Assembly (NCBI GenBank): GCA_030264375.1
Contig: JASCQW010000043.1
Coordinates: 78,979,069-79,043,068 of the forward strand
DNA from: Carcharhinus longimanus
Lineage: Eukaryota
Direction of reading: 5' to 3'
DNA length: 64,000 bases
Numbering within the stretch: the stretch's first letter is position 1; each line of letters begins with the position of its first letter. Position numbers and translations under genes: made by a program. Below, one piece after another: positions 26,331 through 41,031 of the stretch. The notes beneath the pieces were generated by a model. It ran no database searches, had not been told where the DNA came from, and saw nothing but the letters and a program-made list of their open reading frames with translations.

Positions 26331-29327
26331 TGCCTTGTTCTTGTTTCATTTCCTCACTTATGGATTCTTTGGACATGATTTTCACAGTAGCGGAGACTCT
26401 GGATACTTTACAAAATGGCTATTGGGATCTGGAAGTCCTGCTCCATTTCCAACAGATCCTATTTTTGCTGGGAATGATTGGGGGTGAGATGTGACTTCCA
26501 CATGTGAGAATTCCAAAACTAACAGAGCCATCTGAACCCAATGTGGAGTCCAAACTGACCCCATTTTCACTGGAGCGAGGGCCTTATTCCGCAGCGTGGG
26601 AGTGACGAATATTTAGAGAAGTTATAAATATGTTTCAAGTCAGATAAGGTCTGTCGAACTGTCAAGCTGGGAAGTTATTTCAATGACAAGTCCATACAAA
26701 AATTGAAGTGGGTGGGGGGAACATGGGTAGGCATGGGTTGACAGGGAGTTGAGGGGGTGTCAGGGCTGTAGAGTATCATGTCTCATAGGTCAGAGGTGGG
26801 CCTTTTAAACAGCCCGTCTTGGCACTTGGCAGCCCACAGCTGTTTCTGATTTGTGTCCAGGGTTTGCAAGCTCATTCCATTCCACACCCACCCTTTGGAA
26901 CCAAGGCGTCACCATTCAGAACTCTTTCCCCCCCCAAGAAACTACCCCCCCAGCAAGCCAGGAGATTTCTGACACAATCTAGTTGACTCAGGGATGAAAA
27001 CCCTTAGTCTGCCTTCTTGCTGGTCTTTCCTTTTTTTCTTGCCTATCATCTCTTTTCCTCTCATTGTGTCCTCCTCCATTCCTCTGGTGCTATGCAAGTA
27101 CAAGTTATTATTGTACTCTTCGCTTACTGAAAAAGATACAAATGCAAGTATGAATAGTGTTCAGCATAAGTTGCAACACTAATTCTTATAATTCAGTGCC
27201 AATCGGCTTCTCGCCCACCAGCTGTGGTGCTGTGGAGGTGGTGAGCTGCCAGGGGTAGTTTAATCTCTTCACCTTGGCACATGCAGCAGTGAAGTATTTG
27301 CAGCATGCAGCACATATTGGCTAAAACTGTCTTTAAAATTCTTTCCCCTGTTTTTTCACTCTGGGGAGGGGGGGGTTGGGAAGCTGACCATTGGATATTT
27401 ATGGCCATTTAAAATTCCTGGTAACTGGACTGATACTTGTTCAGCAAAACACAAGCGGCATTCTGTGCCAACAAGGTTGGCATGGACGCTGACACACCAG
27501 GGGGAGTATTAAGCTCTTTACCTAATAGGTCACCAGTTGAGTAGCTCTCCAATAAATCTCGCCAACTGGAACACATTTAAATGCATTTTTACACAGCGGG
27601 GAAGCTCATGTAGTTTAATAAAATGTAACAAAAAATCATGCTAGTTACCATTTTTGACAGCATCGTCACTTGTGCGGATTGCAAAAATCTGCTTTTGAGG
27701 TGTAACATTTTCTGCTTCTCAGCTTTGTACAGAAATGTGACAGTCAGAAGATAAATCATAGTTCAGAAATGAGCTCAGAATAAATAAAATTAGAATGATA
27801 ACTCACAGGCCATTTTGTACTGGAATCAACATTCAGATACTGACAGTTTATATTAAATGTATGTACAGGTTTTTAGACAATCTTAACAATGGCTTTTGAT
27901 TCAACGTGTTAATGTCAATTACAATGAAGAGTTATTTCCTGCTTTTGCAACAGACTGTCAATGGGGACCTTATGAAGTTAGTCTATTGGCGATTAAATTT
28001 CCGGTCAAATTAATCAATTAAGGAGCTTGGAATAAGTGTTGTCCCGAAGCTCTGGGGCTGATTTCCATCCGTGTTGCTGGGTAGGCACAGGGAGCCATTG
28101 CATTGGATGGCGTTATATTTATTGGTCTGTTTTCTCTCCCTGTCCCCGTGATATCTGGGTTGCTGCCATTTTGGTCGGAATCTTTAGAGGGTTAATGAGG
28201 GTGAAAGGTGTTGGGGCCCTATTGACTCATGTACATCAGGGTTGTGGAACATAAATTGGACCTTGATCCCATTTTGACACATCAATGGGTGGAGAAATGT
28301 CTTAGTGAAAACCAACCTTGAAGCAGGGGCCTCAAGCAGGATGTTTATTTGGTTACTCAAAGGGACATCACCTATTTCAGATCTGGGTAAAGCTTGCATA
28401 TTTTTTATTATTATCTAATACATCAGGCAGTAGGCAACACTTGCAAATTTCCTGTCCACCATAATGGGTCCTAGAAGATCGAGCAGCACCTGTTTAGATC
28501 AAACTTCTCGGTCATTGTTTCTAATTGTACATACAACGTGCTATTGGAGACGTCAATCCAGATTCTCCACTGGCATGTCAAAACTCTGCACTGGGCATTC
28601 TTGTGTTCTTTTCTGAAGTCGAGTAGGGGGAAGATGCAGAAACACCACCATTTAACCCTGTCTCTTAGAACTGGTTTAAAATCAACACAGGAAATGATGC
28701 AAATTTAAAGTGACGGCAAATTTATGAAGCACAACAGGATATCTGTCAATGCACTCGACCACAATTCTTCCTCCTCCAGTCAAGTAGCAGAAAACCAGAT
28801 GCAAAACAAGTGATTTTGAAAAATAAAAATACACCAGGTAGAGATGCATAAGCTTATACTTCTGTTTGCAAACAAACAGCGATCTATAGTAGCAATGCAG
28901 GATAATGCTAAACTTCACCCAGGGATTTAGCACACACCATGAATATTTAACTTATTGTACATCTCTTATCTGCTTCGATTCAGAGAAACAAATTTAAATT
29001 GTGTAATACTCCACCCAAGTAATTTCTCTGGGGTTAATAATGCAGTTATCCCAGGTCAGGCTGCTTCTCTCTCTTTATGTCCCATTGATTTAGGAATTGG
29101 TGATCAGTGGATTCTACATTTTCCAACCTCTGTACAGGGGGAATTAGACCAGCCCCTGATGTTTTGTCCATCCCATCAGTTAGCCCTGTTCTTTATCTGC
29201 CTCTTAGTCCATCACCTTCAACTTTTCTAGACAGTAGCAACTTTTTCTGCAATGCCTGCATCATTTACCCACAATATGTTTGTTGCATTTTTCCCAAACT
29301 GTAGTCATTACCAGAAGGGCATGTATG

Positions 29328-29935
29328 CTTTGGAGAGGGTGCAGAGAAGTTTACCAGCATAATGTCCAGTCTGGGGGGTTTTAGACATGAGGAGAGGTTA
29401 GCTAAACTCGGATTCTTTTCACTCAAAAAATGGAGGCCGAGGAGNNNNNNNNNNNNNNNNNNNNNNNNNNNNNNNNNNNNNNNNNNNNNNNNNNNNNNNN
29501 NNNNNNNNNNNNNNNNNNNNNNNNNNNNNNNNNNNNNNNNNNNNCTCAAAAAATGGAGGCCGAGGAGAGACTTGATAATGGTCTACAAAATTATGGGAGG
29601 CATAGACAGGGTGGATAGTCAGAGGCATTTTCTCAGGGTGGAAAGGTCAACTACAAGACGACACAGGTTCAAGGTGAGAGGGGGAAAATTTAGGGGTGAC
29701 GTACGGGGCAAGTTTTTCACATAGAGGGTGGTGGGTGCCTGGCATATACTGGCAGTGGAGATGGTAGAAGCAGGCATGTTAGCAACGTTCAAAACGTATC
29801 TGGATAGACACGTGAATGGGAGGCAAACAGAGGAATAGAACTGCATATGGGCAAGTAGTAGTGGGTCTAAATAAGGATTAGGAGTCAGCACAGGCTTGCT
29901 GGGCTGAAGGGTTTGTTCCTGTTCTGTAATGTCAT
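29328..29935 (+). mobile_element. CR1 LINE 3' end
   Basis: LERVQRSL...EERLAKLGFFSL...RDLIMVYKIMGGIDRVDS...RGDVRGKFFT. Confidence 0.88.
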
Positions 29936-30440
29936 CTTTCTTTCCTTTCTTCTTTCTTTATTCTTATCCTGCTAATTTTCAACACATGTAACATCATATA
30001 ACTGAAAAACTTCTGGGCCTTTTCTTACTTTAGTGCTCAAGGTACAACTTTTAGTCAAATTGTGTGTGTTGTGGTGTAGGCAGGTTCACAACATAGATGG
30101 CTGTGATGACACCAAAGTAATGAAATAAAGGTTGGAAGGAATACACAAAGTCTGTCCACTTGCAGTCACTGGTTTTACACTATCATACTTGCCACCATTT
30201 ACCCCAATGTTTCTTAACCAGATTTAGTTATAGTATGAGAAGCTGTAGCTCAAAGCAACCATATGCAATATAGGCCGCAAACTTCCATCCTCATTTGCGG
30301 CTTGGATTTTCTAGTGCTGGAATGCCAAATTTTCCATTCTCGCTCGTAACAGGTCCTGGCATGGACGAGACTTAGAAAATCTTGCCCACAGTGACCAAAT
30401 TCCCTTAGACAACATATGCTAAAGAATAATATACTAATAA

Positions 30441-32780
30441 GCATATATATGAACGTACAAATTAGGAGGAGGAGGCCATTTGGCTCTTTAAGCCTGCTCT
30501 ATCATTTGATTATAGATCTGATTGTGGCCTTAACTCTTACTCTCCTGCCTACTCCTAGCCTTTGATTCACTTGTCAGTTAGGATTCTATTTAGCTCGACT
30601 TTACAAATATTCAATGACCCTGCCTTCACTGCTCTCTGGGGAAGAGAATTTCACATACTAAGGACTCAGCAAAACATATCCTCAGGTCCATCTTAAATCC
30701 CCTACTTTTAAACTTCTTAATCATGAGCTGTATCCACAAGCCAACTTTGTGTGATCCATGTACCAGGATATTCTGATTCCTCAGTACCACTGAGTTCTAA
30801 ATCTTTCTCTATTCAAATAAGATGCTGCCTTTCTATTCTTCCTACCAAAGTAGATAAATTCACATTTTCCCGTACTATACTCCAACCAGCAAATTTTTGC
30901 CTACTAATTTTACCTATCTTTACAGATTCCTTATGTCCAACTCGTAACTTACTTTCCTACCTTTCTTTGTGTCATCAATAAATCTAGCAACTGTACATTT
31001 CGCTCTTTCAAACAAGACATTTACATAGATTTATAAGTAGTTGAGGTCTCCGGACTGATCCCTGTGGCATTCAACCAGTTGCAGTTTACAAATCTGCAAA
31101 TTACTCACTTATTCCTACTCTTTCATTTCTGTTAGCTAACCAATCCTCTGTCCACGCTACCAGTACACCGAACATAGTAACTTTTGATGTAGCACCTTAT
31201 CAAATGTCTTTTGGAATCCAGTAGACCACATTTATAGATTCCCCATTATCCACACTGCTTGTAGTTGTTTCAAGAACTTTGATAAATTAATGAAACATGA
31301 TTTCCCTTTCACAAAACTATACTGACTTTGCCTGATTACACTGAAATTTTCTAACTATCCTGCTTACCTTCCTGAATAATAGATTCCAGCAATTTCCTAA
31401 TGACAGATGTTAAGCTAATTGGCCTGCAGTTTCCTGTCTTCTGTCTCCCTCCTTTCTCAATAAAAGAGTTGCATTTGCTATTTTCTGATCTGATAGGACC
31501 TTTTGAGAAACTAGAGAATTTTAGAAAATTACAACTAATGCATCTATTATTCTTTTAGAGTGTGGCACAGTGGTAAGGCTGCACACTGGTAAAGGCGGCA
31601 CTGTTAGCACTGCTTCCACACAGTGCCAGGGACCCAGGTTCAATTTTGGCCTTGAGTGACAGTCTGGAGTTTGCACATTCTCCCCATGTCTGCGTGGGTT
31701 ACCTCAGGTGTTCTGGTTTCCTCCCACACTCCAAAGATGTGTAGGTTAGATGGTTGGCCATGCTAAATTGTCCTTCATGAGTCTCAAGATATGTATGTCA
31801 GGAGGATTAGCGGGGTAAATACGTGGGGCTACAGGGATAGGGCCTTGGTGAGATGCTCTTTTGGAGAGTAGGTGCAGACTCAATGGGCCAAATGCACTGT
31901 AGAGATTTTATGCCTTGTCAGCCTGTAGTTCTACTAATTTTCCCAGTGCTCTTTCCCTGGTGATNNNNNNNNNNNNNNNNNNNNNNNNNNNNNNNNNNNN
32001 NNNNNNNNNNNNNNNNNNNNNNNNNNNNNNNNNNNNNNNNNNNNNNNNNNNNNNNNNNNNNNNNCAGACTCAATGGGCCAAATGCACTGTAGAGATTTTA
32101 TGCCTTGTCAGCCTTTAGTTCTAATAATTTTCCCAGTGCTCTTTCCCTGGTGATTGTTTTAAATTCCTCCCTCTTCTTCACCTCTTAATTTACAAATATT
32201 TCTGAGATTTTTTTGTGTCTTCTACAGTGAAGATAGACAATGTCTGTTGAACGCTTCCACCATTTTGTTACTTCCCATGATTAATTCCCCAGATGCATTC
32301 TCTAGAGGATCCACTTCACTTTAGTTCCTTTCAAAAACTCATAGAGACTCTTACTATTTGTTTATATGTTTCCAGCTATATTTTTCTCACAACTCTAAAT
32401 TATCCCTCATTATTTCAGTTTTGTTGGTTTTTAGATTCTGTTCAATCACCTGACCTGCCACTGATTGTTTCAGAATTCTTTTCTCTCTTTGAATCTGATA
32501 CCAGCTTTAACATCCTTAGTTAGCCATGGAAGATGGATTCTTCTCCTAGAATCTCTCTCTCACACTGGAATGAGTCTTTGTTCAGTGTTATAAAATAACT
32601 CCTTAAAACGTCTGCCAATGCATCTCTACTGTCCTACCCTTGAATTTCCCGGTTGACTTTATCTGGCTGGCTTCATACCCTTGCAAGTGCCTTTATTTAG
32701 GTTTAAAGCGCTAGCCTTCGACCTATTCTTCGCTCCCTCAAATTGAATGTGAAATTCAGTCAGGTTATGATCACTGCTAT
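30441..32780 (-). mobile_element. Old, decayed CR1 LINE (RT region), interrupted by a SINE and a gap
   Basis: Tail at ~30445 (attaggaggaggaggccatttggc). The reverse complement of ~31190-31330 gives a decayed VVY..FQK.FDKV-type RT motif and the ctgactttgcctgatt segment. Confidence 0.75.
31560..31912 (+). mobile_element. HE1-type SINE inserted in an older CR1
   Basis: gtggcacagtgg...ttagcactgct...ggccatgctaaattg...tgcactgtagagatt. Confidence 0.8.
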
Positions 32781-33257
32781 CTCAAATAAGCAAAAGTGAA
32801 CCACAGACTGGGTTCTCTGACCTTGCTCATAGCTTTGATTTTCCAGTCCCGCTGCAGTGAACAGAGATTTGGCTGACATCAAATTCTCCATTTTTTCTGG
32901 CAGCAGTGGCAGCGTGCGAACAACTGGAGAATTCTCCCCCATAGCCAGAGCTGGAGGATGTAGGAGAAAAGAAGATTCTGGATATTCTCCAATTCCTTTT
33001 ATGGATTGACCTCTTTATACAGGGGGCTGTGGAAGAGATATAATGCATGGGCTCTCTCAGAGTAGTGTAGGATAAGGGGCACCTCTGCTCAACTGCAATC
33101 AAGTGCCAGGGTTCCCAAACGCATGGGGCAGGCAGGTTCCCAAGATGCACCATCTGTCAATCACATCAGGTGGAGGATACAAACTGGGGACTCAACTGTG
33201 CTACAAACTTGACTTCAGTGTTCTTTCACTGCTCGGCTGCCCAACTTTTTACCATAT

Positions 33258-33447
33258 ATGTGGGTTTCCTCCCACGGTTCAAAGATGTGCGGGTTAGGTG
33301 GATTGGCCATGCTAAATTGCCCCTTAGTGTCAGGGGGACTAGCTTGGGTAAATGCATGGGTTATGGGGATGAGGCCTGGGTGGATTTGTGATCGGTGCAG
33401 ATTCGATCGACTGTATGGCCTCCTTCTGCACCGTAGTATTCTGTTAT
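33258..33447 (+). mobile_element. 5'-truncated HE1-type SINE
   Basis: gggtttcctcccacggttcaaagatgtgcgggttaggtggattggccatgctaaattgcccc. Confidence 0.85.
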
Positions 33448-34812
33448 TCCTTCCCACCACCCACCCAAACAGCTGCAGAAAGGCATCTTCAATCCCATGT
33501 TACTTTTAGGACTGTCACATTTAAAATTTCCTTCCCAGCTTAGTGACCGGGTTACAGGAAATTATTTTTATAAATTTCTATAGAATTTTAAAATGTGAGT
33601 TTTAAAAAAATACATTTGTTTTTACACGTTTATGCCACTAACGCTTTGGATTTTGACAATTCTGTGAATAAACATGTTTTAAAATATATTCAAGCAGAAA
33701 AGTTCATGTTAGTAAACATATGTAAACCCAAAGCATTTCCGAGTAGCTGGGAATCCCCAATATCTACAAGGGTCGAACTGTTCTCCTGGATTTCTCAGTA
33801 TTTACTGGATGTTCTGGAACAATCTGACATATATTTTCACACTGTTCTGTGATATTTCATGCCACACTGTGAAGATAAGAGGACACTATGCGAATGATTC
33901 AGTAAAATAAAATCACATCAGTCTATTTCACCCAGTTTAATTTTTCTGCTAACTTGAATCAGATTAGACGCCATATTTGGGGATTTCAGGTTCCCTTGAA
34001 TGATTTCTTATTTATACACTGTAGCAAATACAGCCTCAAATAAAGCATACAGGGCAGCATGCTGTTTGTTTGGCATTGCTGTGAAAATATGCTTACTGCA
34101 CAAATACATTCCTGTGGCATGTCCAGGTAGTGGACATTTATTCTTCCTCCCCGCCACACATTTCAAGACATTAGCACACGAGGCTCATGTTGCATTACTC
34201 GGAAAAGTATGGAAACCACATCAACCAGCTGCACAAAATTTAGATGATACACCCACCATACCATAACCACTATCCTACATGACATCAACCACTCTGCAAA
34301 TGGTTGTATCAGCAGTGCACTGTAGCAAAATTAAATTTACACCCAAGATAAACAGGAACAAAAAACATACATATATTTACAGCTGTCATTTACATACAGA
34401 GGTCCCAGTATAAAGATTCACATGTCCGAGTCTAAAAAAGGATTTAATTCCCTCTCCAAAAAACATCCATTAGACTCGCCAATGTACTTCAATCGACTGA
34501 AAACTCTTGCCTTGATCTCATCTGTTGTTTAACCCAATAATTTACCAATTATTTCCTACTCAATACCAACCTAGATTTTTTTTTAAACAGGAGTAACGAT
34601 AAATGTTTATGTAATATAAAGATGGAGTGAATCCTGCAAATGCACATGTAGTTTGGTTTAGGATCACCGTGTGCTTGAGCAACTGCATCATCTGTACATT
34701 CTCAGCTTTAGCCCAGATACTCAGAGCCTTATCTATCTCTTATGAGTACCTTCTCTTCTGATTGCACACAAGTACAGGAAACTGGCTGATCAGTAAATTT
34801 GCACATACTCTC

Positions 34813-35202
34813 GGGGTCATTTTGACTTTGAGATTGTGCAAAATGGATGATAGCGAATCGGTAACATGTTTACATAAATTTTACCGCCAAAATTTCCACA
34901 AATTTAAGAATCGGGGGGGGATGTAAAATGGGCTGCTAGCTCACTTCATCCATTTTACAAATCAATATTTCTCCTCATTTCTTTGTAAAATAAAGTGAAG
35001 CTAAGTCTGTGGGCATTCGCACAAAAACAAAACCACCTGGGTTTTCGATTCCAGGCTGCATCACTGATGAATGTTAACGCATATGAATGATACACTATTT
35101 TTCCCCCTCAAAAATCAATGGAAATGAAAATTGGCAGAGATGTAAGTCATGTAGTCGACTCGCTATCATCCATTTGACAATATTGCAGAGTCAGGATTAC
35201 GC
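34813..35202. repeat. Old palindromic (MITE-like) element
   Basis: aaatggatgatagcgaatcg (~34841) versus cgactcgctatcatccattt (~35156), within more diverged arms of about 60 bp. Confidence 0.6.
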
Positions 35203-36439
35203 TCAACATGTGTAAATCTACTGAACAGCAAATCTATTGCCTATATTTGTGTACAACGAGAAGCAAAATTAAATCCAGGCAACTGGATCCACTAAAATAA
35301 TCCAAGCACATTTGACATGTTATACCAGATTGACAGGTCCAATTAATTCCTGCTGGCCCACACTATTTTTTCCCAGCCTCCTTTATAGAGCGCAGGCAGC
35401 CCTCTGGTACCCGGTGGCCAGATGAGCACTTATCATGCGTAGGCGTAAACAAGTGGCTATTCCACTATTTCATCAGGTGCAGGAATCCAAAACTGAGTTT
35501 GCTTCAACCTTAAGAGTTGATGGGTCAGCAGTGGAGCTGTTAGTGTTGTCCTACTCAAGATTAAACTACCTCAGTACAGAAACCTGAATGTGGGATATCT
35601 GATCCGTATGTCTTGATGTAGCCCCAGGTGTGGTGCCTTCAGCCACAGCCAATTGAGGAAGCTGTTGAATCATATTTTTAGGGCCACAGCCATATGGTAA
35701 GATACATGTTCTTATGCGTTTTATCAAACACAATAAGCTGTGAAGCTCTCCTGATGCAAATGTTCTCTAGTCAAGTGCTTTTAAAGTAACCACAAATATC
35801 TTCTAATTAGACACGTGTGCGAACCAAGACTGAAAGGAGAACGCATAAAATTTCCATTTACCACCCCCTCATTTTCTCTAGCTTATTCTGAGCTGTCTTT
35901 ATGTAGATTTCTCCTTCTGTATCACATCAGGTAGTTCTGAACATTAAAACGATTGATTTCGCACGACAGATCCCTCAATAGATTGACAGATTACTGCCCC
36001 ATCCTGGTTTCTTTCTTATTACAGACAGACGTTGTGGTGGAGGCATGTTGCAGCAATGCTGGCATGTTTTATCATTAAGATGCTGCAAGTGGAAATGTTC
36101 CTAACATATCCAGAGGGATTTAATGGCCTAGATTGTTAACAATTCCTCCTGCGTGTCAGGACTTTTATGCAGCAGAAAGTGTGTTGCTATTTTGATACAG
36201 TGGTTCATTAGTTCAACGTGATTCTCTTCTCTGTTAAAAAATCCAGTAGCACTTCCTCCTTTCAGGGCTCAGTACAATTTTCAATTTTATAATACACAGC
36301 AAAATTCTTTAAAAAAACTGTCGCTTGCCTTCATGCAGAATGTGTTTGCAATGGAATAATTAACAATATGATTCTACCTATAATCTCTCAGACTAAGCTA
36401 ATATGATCTATCCTGATTCTGTTATGCGCTAAGCAGCAT

Positions 36440-37000
36440 AAAGTAAACCTATGTGGGCTCTCTGTGGTGGCTGCCTTCCATTGTGAGTGACAATAGTTGG
36501 CGCGATTTACGTTAAGCATTGCCGGATGTGGCTCTGGAGCTCTACTCTGACATGTCAGTCTCTGCCTCATTTGCTGCGGGGGAGGTCAGTGGGCTGGGAA
36601 GGTGCACAACTCATTGGCCTCCGTTTCCTCTGGGCTTTCTCTTCGGCCTGCTGAACTTTTCGCTTCTACTTGTCCCTTCCAAACGTGCAGCCTCCAGAGA
36701 CCACGGCTGTCAGCGACCATCTCCCAGTTGTCTGTATCAACGTCCCCCAGCTTCATGTCTCGCTCGAACCATTGCCGAAGTCGCTGCCTTATTCCTTACC
36801 CTGACGGAATTGGCATGCTCCAGACCTGAGTTGGTGACCTTCTCCTGGCAAGAGATGGCAAGGACACACTGGGGACACAGCGAAGGTGAAGGCTGTTCAA
36901 CCTTTTCTCTTGCCCAGCATGTTATCCAGGTCTCAGCACTGTAGAGGAGTGCACTTTGGATGTAAGCTTGGGTGGTCCTCAATCAGGTTGCTGCTGTTCC
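36440..37000 (-). mobile_element. RTE-clade LINE 3' fragment
   Basis: ORF 36737-36982 AYIQSALLYSAETW...CVLAISCQEKVTNSGLEHA matches the RTE RT C-terminal motif LLYG.ETW...CLR.IL.I.WQD..TN..VL. Confidence 0.75.
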
Positions 37001-40000
37001 ACACACTGCGCCCTTTGATGATTACTGACTTGTAAATCGCTCACCTTCTGAGGTCTGCCCATCAATGATTTGAGATGCAATGTCATGAGCATTATTCAGA
37101 AGAATTTAGAATCAAAGTATTTTCAAATAATACACTTCCAATAATGGGCAAATAAATCAAATTACTCACAAAATGCCATCGCTTTTGAAAGCAGTACAAG
37201 CAATTTTCAGTTTAAACAAAGTAAAATCAATGACGTTGAAAAGTTGAACTACCAAGGTGGTATATCCCATAATGCCAGTATGTGATTTCTAAAGATCCTG
37301 GTTTACTAGTTAGGACTGGTTGCTAGATGTTAGGGATTGTAATCTGAACCAGTATTCTAACAGCATGTGGAACTTTTAATTGCAAATATTTAAGGTAAAA
37401 TTTCAAGAGGTCTATGTTTTGCATTAAGAATCTCAAGATCTGAGAAAACAAAGAACTAATCCTTCCTACTAATTACTTTCTGATAAATACTACTGTAATT
37501 TTTAATATACGAATTTCAAAAATAATGAATTATGGAGTGGAATTTCAGACCCCGCCCCGATGTGTTTCTTGGCAGCAGGTGGTGGTGTGCCTTTAGCCAG
37601 TGACAGGACATTCTGGTCCCAGTGCTGTCAATGTCATTTCCCGTTGAATCCATCCCCCCCAATCTGGGGGTGGGGGCACAGGAAGCTCTCCCCCACCAGT
37701 TCAGGGTCTGAAAGTCCCACCCTTTTCTTCTTATTTTAACCCGTCACACCTTATCACAGCATAATGTTGGATGCATTAAAAAGTTTACCTCTGCCACAGA
37801 AGTTGGGCAAGGTAATATTTTCATCCTGCTCTGTTAAATATATATTTCAAAAACTTACGGATGGATTTGTGGGCCAAAATGTTTTTGAAGATGTTGAAGA
37901 GATGGTAAAGGTTAGCAAGAACACCAAGATAAGAGAACCTGTCTGCTTTCTTTCTAACAGTACCATGCATCTTCTGCATCTGGACAAGACCCTGGGTTTG
38001 TCATTTCAGCTAAAGGATGACATCTGCAACTTAGTGCTAGAGTTTTAAGTCTAGATAATGGGGTGGATTTTACAAGGGAACAGATAACTTGCAGCCAGTC
38101 CCCACACCCAATCTAAAAATGGTAGGCACTGAGTTAGAGAGGGGGAAGCCAGAGTGAGGACACCACAGGCTAAGGACATCATAGGCCTCGCGAGGAAAGT
38201 GTATCACAGGCAATGATTGCAAAACTCAAGTTAGATGTTGCAAATATTGAAGGCTTCCTTCAGCACAATATGATATATAAAGATGATCGAAGGGATCAAG
38301 CAAATAGGACACCCTTGTCCCTATGCCCAGTTTCTTATCATTGAGACAAGGCTGCTTCCAGTGACCATGAGATACCCAGAAACAACTCCCTCCTCCAATT
38401 CTCCCTCCAGCCTCTACACAGTCTCCCTGATCAATAATTGGGAATTTCCTGGGGGGGAAAATAAACTGGAATCGTTGAGTGGTACAGAACCGGACATGAA
38501 ATCTGAATCAAAAAGGACCCATTAGTCTTGAATCAATTTAAAACCAAACCCAAACCACTCTTCCTGTTTCATCTTGAGACAGCAATGTCCGTCAAGCAGG
38601 AAATCTCCTAACATCAAAGCGATGGGAAATATATGTTCAGAGTCAGTGCAGGCTTGATGGGCTGAATGGCCTTCTTTTGCCCTGTAGGGATTGCATGGTT
38701 CTATAACATCCATGTACTCAGCTAACAACTTGGCAAATTATAAGTAATGGAAGGGAATTTTTTTTTATTTGGAAGTATCCAAAAGTTACATTTCGCAGAA
38801 GTTTAAAATGAAATTTTTCCTTTTCTTGGTCTGATGCTTTCTTTGATAAAAGAGTTGGCACAAGGTGTTATCTTCAGCACAGTAACAAGATGGAAGGAGT
38901 GCTGGAGTGGCACAGTTCACAAGAGGTCACATCGGAAGCAATGAATGACAGACAGCTGACTGATTTTATTCATCCAGATTGGCCTTAATTAGAAAACGAG
39001 TGACTAATTAAGGAATGCATTTGTTAAAAGCTTTTTTGAAGAAAATAGACTCAGTACAGTCTTGAGAAAACAGTTTCTGAGAAGATATTGTAGCAAGGAT
39101 CTGGATAGATTTCTTGCTGTGCAACGCATCTTGCCAAAAGGATTAATCTATGCCTTGTGTTAACAAGTAGCAGTGCACATTCCAGGATATTATATCCTCC
39201 AGTCAGCCGGAAGTTCAGCAAGCGCTTTGTGGTGTGAAGTTATCATTTCAGTTGGTCTACTGCTATATTTCATGTGCTAACAATAATTGCTTTACTCTGT
39301 CCCCACTATTACTTTTGCTTTTGGCCATTGATGGACACGAGGAAGTGAGGAAATCAGACATCGGGGTGGAATTCTCCCAAAAAAATTCGAAGGCCGAATT
39401 TTACTGTCCCGCCTGCCACAGGAATCAAAGCAGATGAGGGACAGGCTACGGGAAGGTCTGTTGACCACGGGCAAGATTTTGTAGATTTGGGATGAGAGAG
39501 GCCATAAAATCCCACCCTAAATCTCGAAAGCTGGAGTATTTCACACTGGTTTTATCAGAGGGAGTTCAGAGAAGAATCTCCCAAATTCTGTGCACTGCAG
39601 AGGCCACCAGCGTGAATATCAGTAAATTTCAGGGGACAGAACCTATCCGTGCTGGAGAGGCTAAATTCAGCACGCTGAGGGGGCCACTGCGCATGTACCA
39701 ATCTGTTAAGACTGAGATTTGCCCATGCTNNNNNNNNNNNNNNNNNNNNNNNNNNNNNNNNNNNNNNNNNNNNNNNNNNNNNNNNNNNNNNNNNNNNNNN
39801 NNNNNNNNNNNNNNNNNNNNNNNNNNNNNNNNNNNNNNNNNNNNNNNNNNNNNNNNNNNNNNNNNNNNNNNNNNNNNNNNNNNNNNNNNNNNNCCCCCCC
39901 CCCCGCCCCCGACCGTCATCCACCATTCCGCAATTCAGACCCCCAGCAGGCACCCCCTCCTCGGCTGACCCCCTCAGCCCCAAGCACACCCTGGTCGCTG

Positions 40001-40739
40001 GCCTTGCTGCTTCCCCCACCGATCCCTTTGCAGAGTTGTAGCATGACTCCACTTGGCTCTGCCTCCATCATACTCCACCCCCTTGACACTGCCCAATCCC
40101 CAATGGGCTGTACCAAGATGTCCCCTGGGCATCTTGCAGATAGTGATGTCAGGCAAGGGCAGCGGCAACACTGGACAAGGGTGGGGGTGAGGAAGACGCA
40201 TCTCTCTGGGCAAGGACGGGGGGAAGCAGAGATAGTGCTTCAGACAGTGATGTCAAGGCAGATGCAAGAGGAAATGCTCTGCAGACAAGTGATGCCAGAT
40301 GGTGGAGGGGAAGTCCACAATGCAACAGGATGCACACCGAGTGAAAGTGTAGTTCAGCACAATGGTTTCAAAAAATGGAGCCTGTTGATTGCTGGATGAC
40401 TGGAAGCCTTATGGAGATTGTTCTGGCCCATCAAAAGGCAACATATTTATACATTCTACAACGCATGCTCTTATCAAGTGATAGTGAATAATTTGTTTAA
40501 ACAGGAGTACAAAGGCAGAGTTTCAAATGATGACACTCGACTGAAGTAAGTTCCACAGTACTTGAACTAGAAAATTAGAAAGGAATCAACGTTCCTCCTC
40601 ACCATATAAGGCCATTGTTATTATTTAAAATGACAAATCTAACATATGCTGACTTTTTCTCTGAAACACTGCTTTGATAAATTGGTTGGTGTGTGGGGAG
40701 TGCTTTTTATCAAAATTATGAGAATTAGGTCACACTTAC

Positions 40740-40793
40740 CGGTTGAGGCTGTTCCGCAATACAGCAATTGAAACACAACCAGAATTCACTCAT
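40740..40793 (-). CDS. CDC42SE2: CDC42 small effector 2 (SPEC2), first coding exon segment (codons 1-18)
   Basis: Reverse complement reads ATG AGT GAA TTC TGG TTG TGT TTC AAT TGC TGT ATT GCG GAA CAG CCT CAA CCG|gtaagt = MSEFWLCFNCCIAEQPQP. This matches the CDC42SE2 N-terminus as recalled, including the CC motif. Canonical GT donor at 40739-40738, phase 0. Confidence 0.96.
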
Positions 40794-41031
40794 GATTTAC
40801 AGTCCAACGCCAAAATGTCCTTTCAGTGGCACAGAATCCAGATTCTATATCCCAGCGTGGTCCAGCTGTCCTTCACTGGGCAGGTAAGCGTGGGCAATAC
40901 TGAGATAGCAAAGTTCCTTCTGGAATAGGCAAGCAGTAAATGGTGCAGCTGTGGGAACGAGCCAGCCGGTCCGTGTTGGAAACTTCACTGAGGATTTGGG
41001 TCACCTCACTTCCGGGGCTCAGAATGATGAC
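40740..41031 (-). other. CDC42SE2: Complete 292-nt exon of CDC42SE2 (238 nt 5' leader plus 54 nt CDS)
   Basis: Strong acceptor ctttcattttaatttcttgcag|G at 41032/41031 and donor CCG|gtaagt at 40740. No ATG between 41031 and 40794. Confidence 0.85.

Noticed and set aside
29422-29567. Direct repeats on both sides of 100-N gaps (also 31875-31964/32065-32154 and 54747-54796/54897-54946)
   Set aside because: Near-identical duplicates flanking fixed-length gaps are unmerged contig overlaps, not biological tandem repeats.
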